From positions 434,001 through 498,000 of the forward strand of contig CAJFCJ010000014.1 in assembly GCA_904063045.1 (NCBI GenBank): a DNA stretch of 64,000 nucleotides, in the 5' to 3' direction. The position numbers were made by a program, and so were the translations under genes. The DNA is from Dimorphilus gyrociliatus (Eukaryota; Animalia; Annelida). Shown here piece after piece: positions 39,686-49,871 of this stretch. Below the pieces are notes generated by a model, which saw only the letters and a list, made by a program, of their open reading frames with translations, ran no database searches and was not told the origin of the DNA. Positions within the stretch are counted from its first letter, which is position 1; each line of letters begins with the position of its first letter.

Positions 39686-39880
39686 ATAACGGTATATTTG
39701 ATATTGTAAGAAATACAGTTTGAATTAAATGCCAGTTAAGTCATGTGATATCGTAACTATAGGGTTACCTGTTCCAGTTAATAGTGAAAACCGTTTTTTA
39801 CAGGCGCCAAACCTGTCTAATTCAAACTTTTCAATCGACGAGAATTCACGAGACCGCACCTGTAACCGCCGTGTTTTGAA
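39686..39880 (+). promoter_or_regulatory. G2/M-type promoter elements (CHR-like TTTGAA and Myb/MSA-like TAACNG) upstream of anillin
   Basis: TAACGG (~39688), TTTGAA (~39719), TAACCG 39863-39868 followed by TTTGAA 39875-39880. Confidence 0.4.
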
Positions 39881-39942
39881 AACTTAATTTCAATTATTGG
39901 TTATTTATTCCTACAGAGGTTAAGTAATTACACTCCTCTATA

Positions 39943-42900
39943 ATGGATCAAAGTACATTGGTAAGGCACTATTATTTTATACCTATTAGAGTTTATCTAA
40001 TAATTGCATAGATTTAGATCGGCCGTTATTTGTGAGGCAAGTCTTCACTTAAAAAAGAATGAGCAGAAATGAGAGCTTTATTTCATCTTAGGCATTGTTT
40101 AAAGATAATGTGTTTAAGTGAAGTTTATTATATACAAATATCATATTTCCTAAGATGGAATATGAAGCTGTTTACGAACACATTAGAGAGATGTTTACAG
40201 TTTCTATTTGACCGACTTTTAAACACGCTGATCCTATTACGTAGCTTGTACGATCGCTACCAATAAAGTCCTTTAGTTTGTATTTAACGTTTATTACCAC
40301 ATCGTAGGATATTATAGAGAAGACGAGAAGACGACGGGAGGCTTTGGAAAGGAAGAAAGCCGAACTATGCGTATCACCTATAAATGATTCATCGAACAAG
40401 CTACATTCCACTGAGGAACTATGCGGAACAAAACGAAGAACGCCACTAAGCGATGTTAAGAATACTACACCGAACAAAGAATCACCGCCAAAAAGACAGA
40501 AGAGCGACGTAGATGATGGACCCTCAAAAAACTCTGTTAAATTCCCATCTTTTGATCACTTAGAAGCAAGACCTTCTTTCAGAGCTCGTAAATGTCGGCT
40601 AGCTAGATTGGCTGATAATATTAATTCATGGGATGATGATCTAAATCGCGTTGACTATAGGGAATCACCAGAAAAGCCCAAAAGAGTCTGGACGCCCCCT
40701 CAATCCCCAAGCGCACAATATAATTCACCACAAAGAACGCCTAATCAAGTCAGAAATTTAGTTAGGTAGTATCTGACATGTTGTTTTTAAATAAAGCAGT
40801 CGTTTAATTAACCTTTGTAACAACAGTTCACCGGATAAGCCTAAAGTTTGGACTCCACCGAAGTCGCCAAGCGCACAGTATAACTCGCCCAAGAAAAATG
40901 CCTCTACAAGCAAGCTAATTGATAACGTCGAAAATGAAAAACCAAAGAAAACTCAAGCTCCAGCACCACCCCCTCCCGCCCCTCCTATTCAAGAAGAAGA
41001 ATCAACAAAACTTAATAAGACACCCTCTTTCATTAAAACACCGACAAAAAGCTTTTCCCCCGTGAAGTTTAGTCCAACTTCTCCTTCGTCTATTAGACCA
41101 AATCCAGTTATGGCTCCAAGAATCATTTCCAATCCACCTCCTACCGCAACAGTACCATCACCAGCAGCAGCTACCACAACTACAGTTCGTACAAAATTAT
41201 GGGAAGAAGCTATCAAGAAAAACGAAACGGAAAGGAAGACGGAAAAAGTTCCCGAAGTTCAAGAACGTAAGAAGATATGGGAGAAGAAAACTGATAATAT
41301 AACCACTAACAGAAGGGATAGTTTTGAACCGACGAAGATGCCAGTGCTTGCAAGGAAAAATATTTGGGAAAAAAGAATAGAGGAAAGTGAAGCGCTAACG
41401 AGAGATACATATACTCCCAAACGAGTAAATAAACCATCAACACCGATAGCGCATAGTCAAAGAGAAAACAAAAGCTTAGCTTCCGTATCGCAAGATGTTG
41501 TATCAGCACGAGTGCCCGCACCAAGGAATCATGTTAGTCAAACACCAAAAGCAGAACCCAAACCTACGACATCTGTAACAGCAACTGCGTCGAACCCCGA
41601 CCCAATGACAAGTTCACCATCCGTACCTATTAACCCGAAAAGTGCGGGTAAAAAGGGTATAGTAACAGGTAATGAGATATATTTTTAGTAAAGAATTTTG
41701 CGTAATTATTAGCCTTTAGCCAATTTTCGCGCTGCTTTATAGAACCCTTTACCCAGTTAATCAGTCCCCTACTACTAACGCTTAATCCAGAAATTTACTC
41801 AACAGAATACGAGCGCAATTTACGTGCAATGGGTTTTGAAATTAATTCTGTCGCTAATCTTGGACACGTTGCTACAGCAGATTTAACTGAAAGAAAAGCA
41901 AAGACACCCAAGCAAATCGAAGGCCCAAGGGAATCTACTCCTAAGCCACGTGAAGTGGAAAAACAGAGCACTAGTAGTATTTATAAATTTATTAAAGCTG
42001 CTAATGAAAAATCTACGCCTCAAGCTCATCGTCCTTCAAATGTTAAAACACCTACGGATGATGATTTCTATACTACTGATGAAGATCCTCTTGAGGTTAA
42101 TTATAAGAAGCCGAAAAATGAAGTTGCACAAGCACAACAAGTGGAAAGCGATGAGGAGGAGTACGAAGAAGAAATTACAGAGGTTACAACATCAACGGAA
42201 GAGTCTTTTGAAGTTTCTGAATCCTCTTATAGGTGGGTATTCTACGTGAATATTGTCAAATAGTTCAATAAAGGAACTAATATTTACATAGCGAAGAAGC
42301 TGAGGAGACGGGAGATTTACAAGATGACGAAGAGTACAACGATGAAGAGTATACTTTGGGAAGTATTGATAGTGAATCGTCTATGGAGGAGCAAAAGAAG
42401 AGAACACCCACTGCTTTTGATCAACGAAGAGTGCATTTTAAGCCAACATCCAGTTCGTCCAGTGATTCAACGTCTGTGTGTAGTTCTTCGTCGGTTGAGC
42501 AGCCCACAACCGTAGTTATGAGAGCTAAACCAATACCCGCTAAGCGTCATAACATTGAATCGGATGTGACTACCACAGATGACGAACAACCTTGCTATAT
42601 TAGCGTTGACATGTATAGGAAGAGTAGTAACTTAACAAATGGACCGGAACCTGTTAAAACTATTGTTCGACAAAGCGAAATGCATAAAAGAGGAGCGGCA
42701 AAATTGGCGGGTGAGACGAGTACTGTTCTAAAGAAACCAAAAGCACCAGAACCTTGTATAGCCCAGCGTCTAGCGGAATTAGAAGCTACAGTACAACATC
42801 AACAAAACGTTATCAATCAAACGTCGAACGCTTTAAATACGATATCGACCGATTCGCCTTTCGCTGGCGGAAGTGTGGAGCAAGTTGAGTGCAATCGTCT

Positions 42901-43939
42901 GTTGTTGGTTGCTTGTAAAAGACGGGAAGCCGCTCTTGCTGAGAGAAATAAATTAAAAGCCTTAGGAAGGGTTCCCACGTCTAACGGGCCTAGAGGATCG
43001 ATTACCTTATCTGATATTCGATTACCTTTGAAAACAGATTTCATGGGCCGAGTTGGGACCCAGCATGATAGATTCGCACACTTCTTTATTGTATCACTTC
43101 GACAAAGAGATAGGGTTGTCTTTACTGAAATGGTCTCGACTCACGACGGTATGGTCAGAGGATTAATGGAATTTCCAAATATGGTGAAATTTTCGGATAT
43201 AACTCAAGATTTCAAAATTGACGTAGAAGTTTATACAATGTCTGTTCCATTAACTCAACCTATGTCACCCTTTAAGAAGAAGACGCCGAAAAAATCTAAA
43301 CTTTCCCATCCGCATGGGCCAAATGTCGTTAGAATTAGCAATTTTGCCCAAGTAACTTCCACAACACTCGATATGAATTCTTTGGGAAAAAATCATTTTG
43401 GTTTAGAAAGGGTTCCGAAGTCTTGCCCCCTTTCCGGTTCCCTACACGTTACTATTCAATGTAGTATGGAAAGTACAATAGAAGAGAGTGGATGGTTAAC
43501 CATGTTCGAAGATGTCAGCGGCCTAGGAGCATGGGATAGACGATGGTGTAAATTAAAAAATGGACGAATATTTTATTGGAAGTATCCAAGCGAAGAAAAA
43601 GAAAATATGGAACCAATAGGTTTTATAGATATGAAAAATTGTATTACGCAATCAATAGATTTAATTCCGAGAGATATATGTGCTAGACCAAATACTTTTG
43701 AATTAGTTTGCGTAAGAAGACAAACAAGAGGAGATCATGATACACTTGTAACAAGCTGTTCAAACACTATGACTTCGACAAGATTCTGGCTATCGGCCGA
43801 TACAAGAGAAGAACGAGTTGTTTGGTGCGATGTACTAAACGAAGCACTACTTCACCTAAGAGCTTGGAATGTTGATGCTTTAAGGCCTATAAAAGCACCT
43901 CCTCGTCAAAGAGGGGGTAAATACGAATCGCAAATATAA
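39943..43939 (+). CDS. ANLN: Anillin (N-terminal motif, long S/T/P-rich region, anillin-homology domain, PH domain)
   Basis: MDQSTL|DIIEKTRRRREALERK; LARLADNINSWDDD; VEQVECNRLLLVACKRR, ITLSDIRLPLK; PH GWLTMFEDVSGLGAWDRRWC...CARPNTFEL. Confidence 0.93.
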
Positions 43940-44380
43940 AAAAAGGGTTATTTAATTTATATATGGAGATTTTAAGCGATTGTTTTATTATTCGTATATT
44001 TTAATTCGAATCTGATTGGCTACTACTATGGTTTTTTAAGCCTAGTTCTTGATAAAAAATATAAAACTAACTTGGCTATTTCTTTTCTCTTCTCTATCTG
44101 TTTCTCTGTCTCTCTCTCTCTCTCACTCTATTATTCTTAACTTTTTACCCGGATATTTTTCTCTCTCTTAATAATAATACACATATCATAGATTTGTTTA
44201 TCCTTTAATAAATTAATTAAAATTACGTAATAAATAGTTTTAAAATTATTTCTTTTCCGAAAGACAAAGTCTTTTTATCGGTTAAAATAATATTATATAT
44301 GTCTGGAAAATGCCCTTCAACTTGCAGTTGATTCGTAAATATTCATAAGATCGAGCTTAGAATATAGCTGCTTTATAGCG

Positions 44381-44392
44381 TATCACGTGATA
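44381..44392. promoter_or_regulatory. Palindromic E-box (TATCACGTGATA) upstream of aldolase
   Basis: Perfect palindrome with a CACGTG core about 200 bp upstream of the ATG. Confidence 0.35.
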
Positions 44393-44585
44393 TGACTTTC
44401 TCGTTTGCAGATAAAGTTTAGCCGTTTCGACCCTTGAAGGTCGGTGTGCCCTATACTAGAGAATATATTTTAGTCGAGGTCTTTGCTCGTTGCAGTTTAG
44501 TCGTTAAAGAACAGGTGAGATAGCATAATTAACTGTTATCGAATAGATTAATAGATAATCTATATATTGCAAGAAGAAATTGAAA

Positions 44586-45743
44586 ATGCCCCGTTTCGGA
44601 ACATACTTGTCGGAGGAGAAGAAAGCTGAATTGAAGAGAATTGCCGATGCCATTGTTGCTCCTGGCAAGGGCATTTTGGCTGCCGATGAATCGACTGGAA
44701 CCATGGGTAAACGTTTGACTGATATCAACGTTGAAAACGCTGAAGAGAACAGACGTCTATACAGACAATTGCTCTTTTCTACGGAAGCAAAACTGCTGTC
44801 TCAACATATTTCGGGAGTAATTTTGTTTCACGAAACCTTCTACCAAAAGGACGACCAAGGGCGACTCTTCCCCGACTTGCTCAAGTCGATCGGTATTATT
44901 CCCGGTATTAAGGTCGACAAGGGCGTTGTACCCTTGGCCGGCAGTGATGGCGAAGTAACAACTCAAGGTTTGGATGGTTTAGCAGAAAGATGCGCCGAAT
45001 ATAAGAAGGGCGGAGCTGATTTCGCAAAATGGCGTTGCGTCCTTAAAATCCAATCTCATACACCTAGCCTACAGGGTATGTTGGAGAACGCTAACGTCTT
45101 GGCAAGATACGCAAGTATTTGCCAACAGAATGGATTGGTGCCCATCGTTGAGCCAGAAATTTTACCTGACGGCGATCACGATTTAGAAACTTGCCAAAAG
45201 GTATCTGAACAAGTTTTGGCATTCGTCTACAAGGCACTAGCAGATCATCATGTCTACCTCGAAGGTACTTTGTTGAAACCAAACATGGTCACTCCTGGAC
45301 AATCTTGTCCAAAGAGAAGCACCCCTGAAGAAATTGCAAGAGCAACGGTAAAGCGCAAAACAATCTATTGTTATTAAATAAACAACTCTTATGTACTATT
45401 TTACTGACAGGTTACTGCTTTACAACGTACCGTACCGGCTGCCGTTCCAGGTGTCACCTTCTTATCTGGAGGTCAAAGCGAACAGGACGCGTCGGTTAAC
45501 TTGAACGCAATAAATAAATTCGAAGGGAAGAAACCATGGGCTTTAACCTTCTCTTACGGTAGAGCTTTACAAGCTTCAGTTCTAAAAGCATGGAAAGGAA
45601 GTAAGGATAATGTTGGCAAAGGTCAGGATGAATTGTTGAAGAGGGCGAGAGCTAACGGTCAAGCAGCTTTGGGAAAGTACGACGGAAAAATCGAAAGCGC
45701 CGCTGCTGGTGCTAGCTTGTTTGTCTCCAATCACGCCTATTAG
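44586..45743 (+). CDS. ALDO: Fructose-bisphosphate aldolase class I
   Basis: [34 protein letters not shown] (Schiff-base Lys), [17 protein letters not shown]-terminal SNHAY. One coding intron near 45348-45410. Confidence 0.98.
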
Positions 45744-46182
45744 AAAAAGAACGATAGAACGATAAAATATTTGTTTATAATATGTTTGTTTTTTCGTCTT
45801 CGTTACTCCTTAGAAAAGGCTTTAGCACCTGATTTCGTGTAGTGTGATTAAACGATTGTCTACGCCCCGTTTCTGTCTGTCTGTCTGTCTCTCTATCTCT
45901 CTCTATCTCTCTAAATATTAATATGTATACTGTATATATCGCAATATAATTATATTTTGAGAGAAAAGAGAAAATATGACTTTTCGAAACTCATTTAGTT
46001 ACAAATCTATACAAGATTTCTCCTGCATAACTTGGCTACTTTTATTCAAATTGTATAGGATTATATAAACGTCAAAAAGAAAGAAAATAGTATTAATAAA
46101 ATATCCTTACAACAGAATATATAAAGACGTATTTAAATAGATATTGTTAATGAAATTATATTGGACAGCGTAATAAGAAGAC

Positions 46183-46215
46183 GAAGAAGAAGAAGAAGAA
46201 GAAGAAGAAGAAGAA
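46183..46215. repeat. (GAA)n microsatellite
   Basis: Direct trinucleotide run. Confidence 0.95.
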
Positions 46216-46681
46216 AAAGTTCAAACTCGACTATACTGTATATACAAGCATATAAAGTTACTACTTTTATTACTAATATACAAGGTACAAGGTAGTACAG
46301 TACACTAGTTTCTTTTTTATTTACTAATAAAATGATTACTTTTAACTTTACGTAATAAAATTTTATAAAGATTGTAAAAAAAAAAGAGAATATAAACATT
46401 TCTTTTTATATTTACTCTTTCCTTTAACAAAGGATTCTTCCGGAAATTAAAAAGTAACGCCTTTTAGCAATAGCTATTTAAAATAATTCAAATTTATTTC
46501 GCACAACACCGATAAAGCATCACTGAGACAGATATGCTCCTCTATTTTTTTGTTCATTAATATAAAAAACAAAAAAACAAACATAATATATTAATCATGA
46601 ATATTCATTATACAATATTATTATATATATATATATTTACATAATAATATAAACTTTTAATTAAGAGAAAAAAAAACCCTT

Positions 46682-46835
46682 TGGACGGAATTTGATAGGG
46701 AATTTTTTCATAAAGAAAAAGAAATGGATTGTGATTTTAGTTGTTACAAAAAACAAAATTATAAACATATTAGTTAGAATTATCACAGTTTTTGCTTCGA
46801 TACACTGCAATCAAATACTGTCTACATTAGATGCG
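46682..46835 (-). promoter_or_regulatory. Cluster of extended miRNA target sites (miR-184, miR-2, miR-8; partial miR-7)
   Basis: The + strand reads TGGACGGA-ATT-TGATAGGG, TATCACAG-TTTTT-GCTTCGAT and AATACTGTC-TACATT-AGATG. The - strand therefore pairs with both the seed and the 3' end of each miRNA. miRNA sequences are recalled from knowledge, not searched. Confidence 0.65.
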
Positions 46836-49220
46836 GTACACTATCATCTGTGTACCTGTGAATAAATAAGCCAAACCATTACAACATCAATAGAAAATTA
46901 GTTCAAATTTTCTGTTTTTTTGTTACAACACCAAAATTAAAAAAAAAAAGCAAATCATCTATAAAAAAGCTATAAAAAAAAATACAACAATAATTAACTA
47001 ACTATCTAATTAATTAATTAATTAATTAAGTAACTAACCTACTTTTAAAAAAAAAAAGTTATCTTTCCCATTTTTTTAGTACACTATACAATTTTCTGTT
47101 TTTCTAAATTGGCACACAAACACCGACAAACATCTTTTTTCATAATTAATCCAAAAAAAAAAAAGAGAAAAAACAAAACAAACAAAACCAAAACATAGTT
47201 AAAATTGTGCAATAATTATAAATGATAATCGATAGATTAAGAAAGATAAAGGGAGAAAGGAAAGATTAAAAACCACTATTCTTGTTTGTTCGTAGAAGGT
47301 GTGTGGGGGGAGGGGGGAGAACAAACATTACTTATTTTCTGTCTACGACTAGCTTCTCTTCTTTTATCATTTTTTTTATCAAATGACGACGGCAAACCAA
47401 TTAAAAAAAATAGTTAAAAAAAATAGGTGTGAAGTTGCTAACGTTTGTTCTTGTTCTGTTTTGATTCTAGTAGTAGAAGTAGTGGTAGTGTTGTCGATGT
47501 TATTATTGATGGTGGTGGTCGTAGTGGTCGTGGTGGTAGTGGTGGTGGAATAAAACACTACTTTCTCACACTAAAAACTTGCGTGTGTAGTGATTTAGAA
47601 GAAGATTAAGAAAGGGCGAAGAAGATAGATGAAGAAAACAAACAGAGAAAAGAAACCCAACTTTTGGCACATATTGGAACAGTGCAGTTTGTTTTTTTTT
47701 TCTTTTTTTTTGTCTTTTTGTTTTCGTAAAGAGAAAAAAAAATCAAATAAAAAAAAAAGAACTTTAATTCTTTTTCTTGTTGTAATAATGAAGCGAGTAT
47801 TTTTTTCTTCTTGCCAAAATCAGCGTCCTAGATTTAATGAAAAAAAAAAGATAAGGCTTTATAACTTTACTTTGGCCTATATGATATACTTACAACTACA
47901 TTCCAATAGTAGTAGAGGGGGAGGGGCAGGGGGGACAAAGAGAGTAGAACGTTCAGAAGATTGTGTATTTATGTGCTAGTGTGTGTATGTGTGTCGGTGT
48001 ATGAGTGTGTATATAAGAGGTAGAGAGTGTGTATGTGTGTGACAGAGCGAGAGAGGAAGAGTCGGTATGGGACTGGGTGGGGGAGAATACAACAAGAGAA
48101 GACTTTGAATATTTCGTATTATCGTTTGTTGTTTGCGTATTTTCTGAAAGAAACACGAACCTCTGATTAAGTAAATATATGCAAAAGACCAATCAATAAA
48201 GCTATTAGAAACGTGATTGAACATTTTCATTTATAATCTCTATTGCTAATTGACAAAAGACAGAATCTTACGTTCATATAGTAGTCAATAGCTTAGATTT
48301 AAGGTTTGTGAAAATATCATACCTATTTAAAAACTCGCTTGATCGTCATTCAATTCGAGAGAATAAGAAAAAATACGGAGAAAATCTCCTTATTTTTCTT
48401 CTTCCTTCTCCTTTTCGTATTCTTTTATTGTTTTAGTTTAGTTAATAATTCAAATCTCCCCTTCTTCCTCCTCGTACTCTCTGAATCTCCAGAAAAAACC
48501 AAATTCTTTATCATTTCCAAATAATATTCAGTCCTTCGAAAGGGAATCCGCCTTCCCTTCCCCCTCTTTAGAATTGATTAACGTCACAACATTATCAAAT
48601 GCAGTTGACGGGAATGCAGTATTTAAGGAAAAAGCTGTAAAAAAAAATATTATAGAAAATTGTAAACGATATTTAAACTCCGTTCAAACTTGTTCAAGAG
48701 TTATGAACGTGTTTCGGGTATTATTATTATTTTTTAATGCAAATAGTAGGCCTTGCAAAAAGATTTCTTTTTAGAGTTCGATAGCGATAAGACTCTCGTT
48801 ATAAGTATTAAAAAATATATGACTGATAAGCCTAATCGTCGACTCCTGTCGCAAATTTCGTTCAATTTCTGTATTAATCTAAGCAATATAGTCTATATTG
48901 AAATTTATTAAAAATCTCTCTTTTGATGTTTAAGAGAAAAATCATTCTCTTCATGCCTTTCTTCTTTTCTCACATCATTGATTAAAATATTCTATTGAAC
49001 ACCAATTAAAACGATACGTATATAGAATAAACTATATTCACTAACATAGTATATATACATATTGGTAGAATGCTAAATTCTCTTCCCTAATTACTGTTCA
49101 TTAGGAAAAGAGAGATAAGAAATAGGTGCGGCCTAAAATAAACTTTTATAGCGTTAAACTTACCGTTCCGCTGACTTTGAACGCTTAGCCTGCAATCGAA
49201 GTTGTCCGGGACTACGCCGC

Positions 49221-49228
49221 CTTTTATA
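49221..49228 (-). promoter_or_regulatory. TATA box of the minus-strand non-coding transcript
   Basis: TATAAAAG with an Inr-like TTCGATT about 30 bp downstream and a 5' splice site about 35 nt further. Confidence 0.55.
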
Positions 49229-49871
49229 GACGAGTTGAACGCGCCGAACACGCCTAAACGCGTTTATTAAACAGATTACGTTCCGATTGTTTCTATTATC
49301 TTTAAGTCGAATGCCCAACAAGAGTCTTTAAGCAATGTGTCAGGGCAGGAAAGAAAGGAAATAACCCTTTTATTTTTTTTTACTTTTTAACCCCTCCTTC
49401 TTTTCCCATTTATCCGTACACGTCTCATTTTCTAACCCCGCCCCTTATCCCCTTTTTGGCTATTTTTATCTTGAGGCTTACGTAAGGACTAAGAGACGAA
49501 TGAAAGAAGAGAGAGAGAGAGAGAGAAAAGGAGTGAATGAGTGGGTGAAAAAAAAAGAGAGAGAGAGAAGGCGGAGGAGAAGACATTCCATTTGCCGCTC
49601 CCATTTAATATGCATATATACCTTGTATATGTTTTTTTCCACCCAAGTTTATTATTATACTTAATAAACATATTAAGAAAAAACTACTAAAAGATTCGTT
49701 TAAACAAGCCGACATATTTTTCTTTTTTACTTAATTCTAGTAATTTGAATCTTTCTCCGCTCACCAACCGCACGCACGCCACCTATTGTTTGCACGATAC
49801 CCTGTTTACGCGGGTAAATATTCGAAAAATAATCTCTGCTTCACTCTGCATTTTTTTTTAAAAACAACAAT

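Larger units (their letters stand above)
46020..49198 (-). ncRNA. Candidate spliced lncRNA carrying clustered extended miRNA-complementary sites
   Basis: TATAAAAG at 49228-49221. Donor GTAAGT at 49163 and acceptor TTTTACAG at 48635. A 66-bp intron 47893-47828 (GTAAGT...TCTAG). A further acceptor TATTCACAG at 46856. AATAAA at 46046-46041. No long ATG-initiated ORF. Both ends are approximate. Confidence 0.55.

Noticed and set aside
41743-41780. Alternative anillin acceptor giving EPFTQLISPYY*
   Set aside because: A downstream acceptor (~41805) keeps the frame, and there is no evidence the upstream one is used.
31076-45743. Axin and aldolase proximity as a lysosomal AMPK-pathway cluster
   Set aside because: Two unrelated genes intervene; chance is likely in a gene-dense genome.
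46682-46835. A + strand cluster of miRNA genes (miR-184, miR-2, miR-8)
   Set aside because: No flanking arm gives a pre-miRNA-length duplex, and the middle positions differ from the highly conserved matures. The pattern fits minus-strand target sites better.
47629-48774. Several 60-116 aa ORFs on both strands
   Set aside because: Translations of poly-A/T and CA/GA repeats, mostly with non-ATG starts and no protein-like composition.
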